Shown: piece by piece, positions 12,669-21,523 of the stretch
How positions within the stretch are numbered: the first letter of the stretch is position 1
Layout of the letters: each line of letters starts with the position of its first letter
Source of the DNA: Parcubacteria group bacterium GW2011_GWF2_45_11
Lineage (GTDB): Bacteria > Patescibacteriota > Patescibacteriia > UBA1558 > UBA10009
Reading direction: 5' to 3'
Assembly: GCA_001001205.1 (NCBI GenBank)
Contig: LCKE01000001.1
Span: forward strand, 8,208-72,207
DNA: 64,000 nt
Notes under the pieces: model-generated
Database searches by the model: none
What the model was told of the DNA's origin: nothing
The model's input: the letters and a program-made list of their open reading frames with translations, nothing else
Made by a program: the position numbers and the translations under genes

Positions 12669-13186
12669 TTGAGCGATCCTTTAATAGTAAAAGTAATATC
12701 TTCTTTTTTTAAAATGTCGGTCAAGGGGAAATCAAGATTGGAAAAATAATCCGAAGCCTCCAAATTGCCGCGAAATTTTAGATAGCTGTCCCTGGTTTTT
12801 GCAAAACCGTGCAAATTAAACTGCTGGGATGTGCTTTGGCCGTTAAATTCCAGGATGGCCACGTCTTCGGGGGTCAGGCCAGATAACACTTTAAGCAACT
12901 CCGTCCAGTTATAATTATCGGACTGAATCGCATAAAGCAGGTTAATTTTTTCATTAAGGTCCGACACCTTGTCCGTTAAAAAACGGTTATCGGCGGCCGA
13001 CTTTTCGCGGTCATAATTTACCTCGTCGTTCAAGACGCTGATAAAATTGTTAAAGGGTATTAGGATGATGGAAATTAAAATGGCGATCACGACCGTTAAA
13101 CCTAAGATATTCTCTATGTCAATATAAAGCTTATGCTTTTTAAGGTAAGTTTGCTGTTCGGGTGAGATGAGATTTAATTTGATCAT
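12665..13186 (-). CDS. pilN: Type IV pilus assembly protein PilN
   Basis: N-terminal LNLIS motif, TM helix, WTELLKVLSGLTPEDV, GFAKTRD. Confidence 0.85.
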   Translation of the reverse strand: MIKLNLISPEQQTYLKKHKLYIDIENILGLTVVIAILISIILIPFNNFISVLNDEVNYDREKSAADNRFLTDKVSDLNEKINLLYAIQSDNYNWTELLKVLSGLTPEDVAILEFNGQSTSQQFNLHGFAKTRDSYLKFRGNLEASDYFSNLDFPLTDILKKEDITFTIKGSLK

Positions 13187-13187
13187 G

Positions 13188-14234
13188 TCAGCTGAGATAA
13201 ATATGGCGTAAGGCCAAACCGATGGCCGTGGTAAATGACTGGATTTTACTTTCCGGCAGGCGGATTTTGCCGGCGGAAATATTCACCAAGGGATCGGCGT
13301 AGGCAACTTCCATGTTAACGGACTCTTTTAAAAATAGGTCTAAGCCGGGGACTAAAGAGCCGCCGCCGGTTAAATAAAGTCGCTTGATCGGTTCCGGCAC
13401 ATCATAGTGCTCCTGGTAAAAATAATTAGCTTCGCGTATTTTTTGCGCCAATTTGTCTGCCTCCGGCCTGAGGATTTTATAACAGCTGCCTCCGGCCAAA
13501 TTTTTATTTAAGCCGATTTTGATTTTGGCGTCTTCAGCCTCGCTCAGCGTGATTTTAAGCTTGTTCTTTAAAACTTTAGTCAGATCATTGCTGGAAAAAG
13601 TCAACGAGAGCGAAAAGGGGATGGCGTTATTTTCATAAATAATCAAGCCGGTCCGGGAGGCACCCATATCCAGAATCATCACTGGCTCTTTAATTTTTTG
13701 CTGAACGGGAAAAAGACTGCGGACGATGGCCGCTCCTTCAATCTCCAGGGCGGCCGGCATCAAGTTCGCTTTTATCAAAACTTGCTGGTAATTGTCCACG
13801 ATTTCTTTGGGGCAGGCGCCGATTAAAACTTTTGACCGGTCACGGCTGACGTATTGCCAGTCCAAATAAACTTCATCAAGGGGATAGGGGATGTGTTTTT
13901 TTGCTTCCTGGACGATTTCCTCCAGAAGATCCTTGCCTTCTGGATAAGCCAAATTGATCAGCTTGATAAAAGTTTTTTGTTCCGCCAGGCAGGCGATTAC
14001 CTGTTTTAATTTTATTTTCTGTCCATGCGCCTGGTTGAATAACTGTAAAATGAGTTTGACCGCCACATTCACCTGTTCTATTTTACCGTCTTTTAGCAGG
14101 CCTTCCGGAACTTCCAACTCGCCATAACTGATTAAAGTGATTTTTTTGCGGCTTTTGCGCAACTGAACCAAACGGAATATTCTTTCGCTGATATCAAGGC
14201 CAAGGCTTTTATTTTGAAAAAAATTAAGGTCCAT
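13188..14234 (-). CDS. pilM: Type IV pilus assembly protein PilM
   Basis: Motifs LGLDIS, LDMGASRT, LTGGGS, TAIGLALR. Start moved to ATG 14234. Confidence 0.92.
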   Translation of the reverse strand: MDLNFFQNKSLGLDISERIFRLVQLRKSRKKITLISYGELEVPEGLLKDGKIEQVNVAVKLILQLFNQAHGQKIKLKQVIACLAEQKTFIKLINLAYPEGKDLLEEIVQEAKKHIPYPLDEVYLDWQYVSRDRSKVLIGACPKEIVDNYQQVLIKANLMPAALEIEGAAIVRSLFPVQQKIKEPVMILDMGASRTGLIIYENNAIPFSLSLTFSSNDLTKVLKNKLKITLSEAEDAKIKIGLNKNLAGGSCYKILRPEADKLAQKIREANYFYQEHYDVPEPIKRLYLTGGGSLVPGLDLFLKESVNMEVAYADPLVNISAGKIRLPESKIQSFTTAIGLALRHIYLS

Positions 14235-14277
14235 TTTTATATTATAACATAAGGTCCGGCTAATTTCATGCTTAAAG

Positions 14278-15480
14278 TTAGTATTCCTCTTCCCAGTGCT
14301 CAATATTAATAATCGGCGAGGCTAATGGATTACCTAAAGTCGCGTCGATTTTTGGTTTATCGTAAGTAAAATTTAAATCGTCCCATAGATTAAGCAGGGA
14401 AAAATTACGGCAAATAATACCGCCGTTAATAACGAGATCAATGTTTAAAGCATCTATGGTAACGGTGTTGTAAGCGTAAATCAGGCCGGAGACCCCGATA
14501 TGATCGGCGTAGCTACCAAAATTAAGGTTTTTTTTGGTCAAAATGCCTGAGGGGTTGGAACCGGCCGCGCTGACGCTGAGAAACGGCCCGCTTTTCCAAA
14601 AGGGCCAGAATTCAGTGCCAATGCTGATGTTGCCGTCGGCCACCAGCACGCCGCTAACATTTAAGACCTGCCCGCGGGGAATGACGATATTGCCGGTAAC
14701 GTAAGTAATGCCGCTTAAAGTCAGATTGGGCTGGCCGACCATTAAGTTGCTGAATTGATTGGCCGTGTAAACATTGTCCGCCCGGCTTAAAAAGGATGCT
14801 GGATCAGCGGAATCAAAGTCGATTTGCGGCATTTCCACCTGATCGGCAGGCGGTGGAAAATTAGCGGCATGATAATCGCTGGCGTTGATGCTGGAGTTCC
14901 AGGAAGTGGTAATATTGTTGACGGCGTAGGCGTCTAAACCAATGTTAACCTCGCTAAAAAAAGTCGCTTCAATGTTATTATTGGCGAAAATCCCGCCATT
15001 GGTAAATTCCAAGCTGGCGCCGCTAAAGCCTATGTTATGGTCGGCAAACAGCAAAATGTCGTCTAAGGGCTCGGGATTTAAGGCCTGAAAAATTTTGGTT
15101 TTAACAACCCGCTGCGCCTGCGACTCGCCTGAGTCGTTGAGGCCGGTGGTGGTGATTTCCGCTTCCCCCAAACCCGTGTTGGCGACGGTTACGTCATAAG
15201 AAACGCCGTTGTCAAAAATGTCTTCGCGGGTGATGGTCGCTCTCCAGCCGGGATCGGTTTGGAAACTGTTATTCCAGCCGGGATCGTTTTTTATTTTCCA
15301 AATCGCTTCCTGAATGCCGGCCTCGGTGGAGTAATAGGTTTGCGTGGAGAAATTCTGGCTGATGGAAATCTTGGAATCCGTGGTGACAAAATCCAAAAAA
15401 TAAAAAGCCAGCAACAATAATACGCCCAAAACCACGGTCACGGAAACTAGAATAAAGCCTTGCGGCGTTTTGTTCATCAT
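14278..15480 (-). CDS. PilX-like minor pilin / adhesin
   Basis: G/FILVSV prepilin-like leader and the PilX N-terminal motif TYYSTEAGIQEAI. Start moved to 15480. Confidence 0.8.
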   Translation of the reverse strand: MMNKTPQGFILVSVTVVLGVLLLLAFYFLDFVTTDSKISISQNFSTQTYYSTEAGIQEAIWKIKNDPGWNNSFQTDPGWRATITREDIFDNGVSYDVTVANTGLGEAEITTTGLNDSGESQAQRVVKTKIFQALNPEPLDDILLFADHNIGFSGASLEFTNGGIFANNNIEATFFSEVNIGLDAYAVNNITTSWNSSINASDYHAANFPPPADQVEMPQIDFDSADPASFLSRADNVYTANQFSNLMVGQPNLTLSGITYVTGNIVIPRGQVLNVSGVLVADGNISIGTEFWPFWKSGPFLSVSAAGSNPSGILTKKNLNFGSYADHIGVSGLIYAYNTVTIDALNIDLVINGGIICRNFSLLNLWDDLNFTYDKPKIDATLGNPLASPIINIEHWEEEY

Positions 15481-15484
15481 AAGT

Positions 15485-16087
15485 TTAACTGCGGGTATTA
15501 CGGCCCCAGACACCGGTGTAAAAATGCTCCGTCAGATCAAATTTATTCAGCCAGATTTCCAGATAAATAACTGGATCTCCGTAAAATTTCAGGTCGGAGA
15601 TATATTCGGCGATAATTTTATTTTCTAAAGTAGTCTGAATAGGCGGCTGGCCAAATTCGTCTTCTTCATTCCAGACCACGTAAGTGCCCGGCTCTTCGGC
15701 AAAGGCGTAAACCAGGCGTTGGCGGTATAACGAGCCATCAATCAGGTAATATCTCAAATATTGGATGTCCTCAAGGCCATGGCCGTCCTGAAACTGAATT
15801 TCACTGGCGGGCGGAAAGCCTATTTCAGATTTAGTAGGGGGGAGCGCCGTGGCAATCTCCGGAGTTTGCCTGAGTTCCCTGGTCAGACGGTCCAAAACTA
15901 CCCGGGCGTTTTGCACCAGTTCCAAGCGGGTGTCGCCGATTTTGAATGATTTTTGCGAAACCAGATAAATATCATAGGTCATTAAAAAAATCAGCATAGT
16001 GACGGAAATGACAATCACCAGTTCAATGACGCTGAACCCAGCGGACGGTTTGGTAATTTTAACTTTTTTGTGCCAGATAACAGTCAT
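15485..16087 (-). CDS. Prepilin-type protein (PilW-like)
   Basis: Class III signal GFSVIELVIVI and the segment LDRLTRELRQ. Confidence 0.85.
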   Translation of the reverse strand: MTVIWHKKVKITKPSAGFSVIELVIVISVTMLIFLMTYDIYLVSQKSFKIGDTRLELVQNARVVLDRLTRELRQTPEIATALPPTKSEIGFPPASEIQFQDGHGLEDIQYLRYYLIDGSLYRQRLVYAFAEEPGTYVVWNEEDEFGQPPIQTTLENKIIAEYISDLKFYGDPVIYLEIWLNKFDLTEHFYTGVWGRNTRS

Positions 16088-16097
16088 CGTCTAAAGC

Positions 16098-16574
16098 TTA
16101 AAAATCGTTAATTAACGTAACCAGGCTGGTAGTGGACCGCTGGCTACTAAAGGGGCTCAGCCAGCTGACGTAAACTTGAACTTTTTTTAAGCCTAAATCC
16201 TGCCCGACCGTTTCTAGATCAGCGTTGACGTAATTGATGACCGTCAGTCGGGTAAAACCGCTAAAATCCTCATCAATAGCGCTGAGGCTGTCTTCGGTCA
16301 CGCTACCGGGGTTTAAATTTCCGTAGCTCTCGCTGATAAGCTCCTCCATCCTGGCCTGGGCCAAATTGGTGGCCCGCGTGGTATTTTTTGCCTGTTGGCC
16401 GGCTTTTAAGCCTAAAGGAAAGAGCTGGACTATGGCTAAAACCGCCACCGTCAGGATGGCTAAAGCGATCAGTGTTTCAATCAAAGTAAAACCAGCCTCA
16501 CTCAGGTTGGCCAAGGTTAATTTAGGCTGACGGTGAAGATGGTGTTTTAAAAACCTGCCTTTAAGGTGCTTCAT
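16098..16574 (-). CDS. Prepilin-type protein (PilV-like)
   Basis: Class III signal GFTLIETLIALAIL and the segment ATNLAQARMEE. Confidence 0.85.
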   Translation of the reverse strand: MKHLKGRFLKHHLHRQPKLTLANLSEAGFTLIETLIALAILTVAVLAIVQLFPLGLKAGQQAKNTTRATNLAQARMEELISESYGNLNPGSVTEDSLSAIDEDFSGFTRLTVINYVNADLETVGQDLGLKKVQVYVSWLSPFSSQRSTTSLVTLINDF

Positions 16575-17010
16575 AGGTTTGCCAGGTAATATATCCCGAT
16601 GGCTTAATGTTAATGACAGTCTGATTTTGGGTTGACTGATGAGTCAGATAAAGCTGTCCGGCGAAATCCACCGAACCGCCGGCGTTGTACACTATTTCGT
16701 CATCAAGCAAACCGATTTGACTGGCAAAAAAAACATCTTCAGCCAGCTGTAAATCTTTGACGGTCACCTCAGGATCGCTTTGTTTAACCAGGTGGTAATC
16801 CGCGCCTAAAATGTCAAAGCTCAGGGCGTGCTTGACTTGTCCGGTAATGGCCAGCTGTTGGGCCAATTTTAAATTAACCACAAATTCCTTGGTGGCATTT
16901 TGGAGCTGCAAATTTTTGGTGTACTCGCTTAAAGAGGGGAAAGTGGCCGCTGAAACAATAACCATGATCCCTAAAACAATAAGCAGTTGCGCCACGGAAA
17001 AACCTTTCAT
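16561..17010 (-). CDS. Prepilin-type protein (FimT/GspH-like)
   Basis: GFSVAQLLIVL (Gln at +5), LKLAQQLAI, and C-terminal IKPSG. Confidence 0.8.
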   Translation of the reverse strand: MKGFSVAQLLIVLGIMVIVSAATFPSLSEYTKNLQLQNATKEFVVNLKLAQQLAITGQVKHALSFDILGADYHLVKQSDPEVTVKDLQLAEDVFFASQIGLLDDEIVYNAGGSVDFAGQLYLTHQSTQNQTVINIKPSGYITWQTYEAP

Positions 17011-17029
17011 AAAAAGCGTGTAACATGTA

Positions 17030-17061
17030 ACCTGCCCGTCACGACAACGAGCCGGGCGGGT
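17030..17061. repeat. Short REP-like hairpin, copy 1
   Basis: ACCTGCCCG-TCACGACAACGAGC-CGGGCGGGT. Related copies at 33032-33059 and 54025-54056. Confidence 0.8.
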
Positions 17062-17084
17062 AACTCTTCATTCTTAAACTGATA

Positions 17085-18221
17085 TCAAAACTTTTGAGTC
17101 AAAGAATACATTGGCATAATGATGGCGATGGCCATGATGGCGACGCCGGCGCCCAAGATCAACATCAATACCGGCTCAATAATGGAGGGCAGGGTTTTCA
17201 TAATCTGATCAATCTCGTCTTCGTAAAAACTCGCCAGTTCGGCCAGAATGCTGTCAACCTGGCCTGTCTCTTCGCCCGTCATAATCATCTGGATGATAAC
17301 CGGCGGAAATAAGCGCGGATATTCGCTCAAAGCGTTGGCGATGGTACCGCCTTCCTTAAGTTTTTTGGCCGATTCAACTAACGCCTGGCGGTAATGGCGG
17401 TTGTTCAAGGTTTTTGAAGCGACCTCAAATGTTTTGATGATCGGAATGTCCGTTTTAATCAAGGAACTCAAGGTTCTGGCAAACTTAGCGATGTTGATTT
17501 TACAAACAATCGGCCCGCAAATGGGCAATCTTAAAATCAGTCCGTGGAAAATGTACTTGCCTTTTTTTGAACGGATAAAAGCGATAAATGAGATGATAAC
17601 CGCCAAAGCCAAAGCGGCGCTCAACAGGCCGTGGCTGATGATAAAATCGGAAGTATTGATCAGCAGTTTGGTGGCCACGGGCAAATCGGCGCTAACCTGA
17701 TCAAACAGGCTGGTAATTTTGGGGATGACAAAAATTAACATGCCAATGCCGATTAAAACCATGGCAATTAAAACAATCACCGGATAGGTCATGGCCGATT
17801 TAATGCGGCTCTTCAGCTCATTGCCTTTTTTTATCTGCAGATAAATCTGACCCAAAACCTCATCAAGTTTTCCGGAGATACTGCCAGCTTCCACCATATT
17901 AATGAATAATTCGCCAAAGGTGCTCTTAAACTTGCCTAAACTGTCCTGAAAGGCCACGCCTTTTTCCGTATCCTGGTATAAAGAAGTGATGATGCTCTTG
18001 AATTTTTTGTTGCTCATCTGCAGAGCCAGAGTCTTCAACGAGCGGTCCAAAGGCAGGCCGCTTTTGGTCATAACCTGTAAATTTTGGACAAAAAACTGTT
18101 TCTCTTTGGAAGAAATTGTGTTAAGTCCTTGGGTCAGTTGAAGCAAACGGCTGAATTTACCCTTATTTTTGGCAATCAGGTTTTCCTCTGATTGTTGAAT
18201 CCGCTTTAGATCTAAAGCCAT
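17085..18221 (-). CDS. pilC: Type IV pilus platform protein PilC / GspF family
   Basis: Motifs KSAMTYP and MIMTGEETG, with three TM segments. Confidence 0.92.
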   Translation of the reverse strand: MALDLKRIQQSEENLIAKNKGKFSRLLQLTQGLNTISSKEKQFFVQNLQVMTKSGLPLDRSLKTLALQMSNKKFKSIITSLYQDTEKGVAFQDSLGKFKSTFGELFINMVEAGSISGKLDEVLGQIYLQIKKGNELKSRIKSAMTYPVIVLIAMVLIGIGMLIFVIPKITSLFDQVSADLPVATKLLINTSDFIISHGLLSAALALAVIISFIAFIRSKKGKYIFHGLILRLPICGPIVCKINIAKFARTLSSLIKTDIPIIKTFEVASKTLNNRHYRQALVESAKKLKEGGTIANALSEYPRLFPPVIIQMIMTGEETGQVDSILAELASFYEDEIDQIMKTLPSIIEPVLMLILGAGVAIMAIAIIMPMYSLTQKF

Positions 18222-18236
18222 AAAAAAAGCTAATAA

Positions 18237-19964
18237 TTATTCCTGGGTCACTCTTAGCACTTCCTCAATGCTGGTCAGGCCTTTTAGAGCTTTCATAAAA
18301 CCGTCCTGAGTTAAAGTCAGCATTTTATCGCTGATGGCCTGTCGGTGGATTTCTTCAGCCGTGCCTTTGCGGGCGATCAGTTCGGCGATCTTGGGCGTCA
18401 TGTCCAAAACTTCGTAAATGCCGGTACGGCCCTTATAACCGGACTGGCCGCATTGCTTACAGCCTTTACCCTTGTAAAATAAAATTGACTCAAACGTGCT
18501 TTTTTGTTTGGAAATCATGCCTTCTTTGACCAAAAATTCCTTGATGCCGTCCAGATCAAAATGAAGCTTGAGCTGATCAACGACTTTTTTGTCAAGGTTA
18601 TAGCTGATCATGCAGTGCTTGCAGATTTTCCTGACCAGGCGCTGGGCCACGATGGCAATGACCGTCGTGGCCACCAAGAAAGGCTGGACGTTCATATTTA
18701 AAAGGCGCTGGGGTGTGCTGGCGGCATCGTTGGTGTGGACCGTGGACAAAACCAAGTGCCCGGTCATGGCGGCGTTAATGGCAATCTCGGCCGTTTCCTG
18801 ATCCCTGATTTCGCCGACCATGATGATATTAGGATCCTGCCGCAAGAGCGCCCTCAAACCGGCCGCGAAAGTGAAGTCTATTTTGGGATTGACCTGGCTT
18901 TGATTTATACGCGGCATGCGGTATTCAATGGGATCTTCCACCGTGGAAATGTTAACTTCTGGCTTGTTCAAAACGTTCATAATAGTATATAAGGTGGTGG
19001 TTTTGCCCGAGCCGGTTGGGCCGGTCACTAAAATCATGCCGTGGGGTTTTTCAATGCTTGTTTTTAAAATTTCAAATGGCCTGGTCTGCAGACCCAAATC
19101 CGTCAGATCCAGTTTTTTTTGCGCTTCGTTTAACAGCCTTAACACGACTTTTTCGCCGTCAAAAACGGGAATGATGGAAACTCTAAAAGCCACCTTGTAC
19201 TGCGGGCTGGAAATTTTAAAACGGCCGTCCTGGGGCAGGCGGTGCTCGTCAAGCTTCAAGTTGGACAAAACCTTGATCCTGGCGACTAAGCCTGATTGGA
19301 CACTTTTCGGCAGAGTCATAACGTCCCGTAAAATGCCGTCCAAACGGTATCGGATGACCAAGTTTTTTTCGGTCGGCTCAATATGAATATCCGAAGCGTC
19401 TTCAAAAATGGCGTATTCCAGCAGCGTATCCACGATCCTTACCACCGGCAGATCCTGCGCCAGTTCTTTTAAATCCTTGTCCTGATTATTCACGTCTTCT
19501 TCGCTTTTGCTGATATTTTGAAACTCCGCTTCCAGGCTTTGGTGATACTGCTTTAAAGCCTCCTTGATTGAATTCGGGGTGGTTAAGTGGATGACTAGGT
19601 CCGTTTCCAGCTTTTTCTTTAAAAATTCTATTGTCTGCAAATCTGTCGGATCGGTGGTAGCGATGCTGATACCTCTCTCATCGCGGTTAAAAGCGATAAT
19701 TTCGTGCGTTTGGGCGATCGGCTCGGGAATCAAAAATAAAATATCCTTGCGGATAGTCTCATTTTTGAGATTAATCAATTCCAGATTGTAAAATTTGGCA
19801 ATTTGGGCGTAAAGTGCGCTTGGGTCAACTAAATTATTTTCCAGCACGTGAGCAAACAGGGAAGATTGATTTTTTTTAGCGTCTTTTTGGGCGGCCTTTA
19901 AGGTTTCCTCATCAATCAGGCTGTTAGACGTTAAAAGTGTAACCAGTTTTTTATCTTCTATCAT
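18237..19964 (-). CDS. pilB: Type IV pilus assembly ATPase PilB / GspE family
   Basis: Motifs ASDIHIEP, GPTGSGKTTT, EDPIEY, LRQDPNIIMVGEIRD, and CxxC...CxxC. Confidence 0.95.
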   Translation of the reverse strand: MIEDKKLVTLLTSNSLIDEETLKAAQKDAKKNQSSLFAHVLENNLVDPSALYAQIAKFYNLELINLKNETIRKDILFLIPEPIAQTHEIIAFNRDERGISIATTDPTDLQTIEFLKKKLETDLVIHLTTPNSIKEALKQYHQSLEAEFQNISKSEEDVNNQDKDLKELAQDLPVVRIVDTLLEYAIFEDASDIHIEPTEKNLVIRYRLDGILRDVMTLPKSVQSGLVARIKVLSNLKLDEHRLPQDGRFKISSPQYKVAFRVSIIPVFDGEKVVLRLLNEAQKKLDLTDLGLQTRPFEILKTSIEKPHGMILVTGPTGSGKTTTLYTIMNVLNKPEVNISTVEDPIEYRMPRINQSQVNPKIDFTFAAGLRALLRQDPNIIMVGEIRDQETAEIAINAAMTGHLVLSTVHTNDAASTPQRLLNMNVQPFLVATTVIAIVAQRLVRKICKHCMISYNLDKKVVDQLKLHFDLDGIKEFLVKEGMISKQKSTFESILFYKGKGCKQCGQSGYKGRTGIYEVLDMTPKIAELIARKGTAEEIHRQAISDKMLTLTQDGFMKALKGLTSIEEVLRVTQE

Positions 19965-20079
19965 AAGTCAAAATTTTTTCGGTTTTAAAATTGTTGACAT
20001 TCAACTTGTTTAATTATAACATATATACCACAATTCAAATAGACTTTAACTGGTTAAAGCTGGTATAATGCCTTTTAGG

Positions 20080-20445
20080 ATGATCAATTCATTTGAACAA
20101 AACCTCAGGGATTTTTTGAGCAAGCCGATTTTGTATCTGCCGTTTTTTTTAGCCTGCTTTTTAAATCTGCTACTCTGGCTGTTTCTGCTTGTCCGTATTC
20201 AGCCTTCGGCCGCCTGGATTCCGCTTCATTACAATGTTAATTTCGGCATTGATTTCCTCGGTCCGTGGCTGTACATTTTTCTTTTCCCTTCGGCCGGCTT
20301 CGCCGTGATCGTTCTTAATCTGATCCTCGCACTTTCCTTTCAGATTAAGGAGGTCTTACTGACCAGACTGCTGGTTTGGTCGGCCGTTATTGTCCAGTTG
20401 TTCATCATTTTGAGCCTGTTTTTTTTGGCGCTTAATAGTTTTTAA
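20080..20445 (+). CDS. Hypothetical three-TM membrane protein
   Basis: Hydrophobic, with IPLHYNVNFGID. First gene of the mraY run. Start uncertain (20068 or 20080). Confidence 0.7.
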   Translation: MINSFEQNLRDFLSKPILYLPFFLACFLNLLLWLFLLVRIQPSAAWIPLHYNVNFGIDFLGPWLYIFLFPSAGFAVIVLNLILALSFQIKEVLLTRLLVWSAVIVQLFIILSLFFLALNSF

Positions 20446-20451
20446 ACAAGC

Positions 20452-21501
20452 ATGATCGCGAATTTTGCCATTATTAAAATTTTTCTTTTGACCACTGCGG
20501 CATTTGTTTTGGCCATTGCCTTAACTCCCTGGCTGACCCACTATCTGTATAAATACAAAGCCGGCAAGCAGATCAGGAGTTCGGAAATGGCGCCGATTTA
20601 CTTTCAGCTTCACCAAAAAAAAGCCGGCACGCCCACCATGGGCGGCATCATCATCTGGTTGACGGTTTTGCTGATCGCCGTCATTTTGTTTTATTTGGAC
20701 CAGCTGACGTCTTTGACTATTTTTCATAATCTTAATTTTTTGACCCGCTCGCAGACTCTTCTGCCCTTGGGCGCTTTGGTCGCCTCGGCCATTATCGGCT
20801 TGGTTGATGATTGGCTGGGGTTAAAGAAAGCCGGCCGCCGGGGCCAAGGCTTAGGCGTCCGACACAAACTTTTAATTTATACCGCCATCGCCGCCGTTGG
20901 CTCCTGGTGGTTTTATTTTAAGCTGGATTGGGATCTGTTGCACATTCCGTTTTTGGGTAATTTTGAAATCGGCTGGTGGTACATTCCCATCTTTATTTTT
21001 ATAATTGTGGCCACTTCTTTTTCGGTTAATGAAACAGACGGCCTGGATGGCCTGGCCGGCGGCGTCTTACTGACTTCTTTTGGCAGTCTGGCCGCTATCG
21101 CCTTTATTTTAGGCAAATACGATTTGGCCACTTTTTGCGGGGTGATCATCGGCGCTTTGCTGGCCTTTTTGTGGTTTAACATCAATCCGGCCAGGTTTAT
21201 CATGGGCGATACCGGTTCCATGTCTTTAGGCGTAACTTTGGGCATCGTGGCCATGCTGACCAACACCGCTTTACTGTTGCCGTTGATCAGCATCGTGCTG
21301 GTGATTGAATCACTATCAGTCATCGTTCAATTAATTTCCAAAAAACTCCGCCATGGCAAAAAAGTCTTTCTCTCGGCGCCCATTCACCATCATCTGGAAG
21401 CCAAAGGCTGGCCGGAACCGAAAATTGTCATGCGGTTCTGGGTGATTTCCGGCGTTTCTGCCACCATCGGGCTGATTATCTTTTTACTGGATAAAGTTTG
21501 A
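20452..21501 (+). CDS. mraY: Phospho-N-acetylmuramoyl-pentapeptide transferase
   Basis: Motifs KAGTPTMGG, NETDGLDGL, MGDTGS, APIHHH. Confidence 0.96.
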   Translation: MIANFAIIKIFLLTTAAFVLAIALTPWLTHYLYKYKAGKQIRSSEMAPIYFQLHQKKAGTPTMGGIIIWLTVLLIAVILFYLDQLTSLTIFHNLNFLTRSQTLLPLGALVASAIIGLVDDWLGLKKAGRRGQGLGVRHKLLIYTAIAAVGSWWFYFKLDWDLLHIPFLGNFEIGWWYIPIFIFIIVATSFSVNETDGLDGLAGGVLLTSFGSLAAIAFILGKYDLATFCGVIIGALLAFLWFNINPARFIMGDTGSMSLGVTLGIVAMLTNTALLLPLISIVLVIESLSVIVQLISKKLRHGKKVFLSAPIHHHLEAKGWPEPKIVMRFWVISGVSATIGLIIFLLDKV

Positions 21502-21523
21502 CCTTTTTAAACCAGAAAATTTT

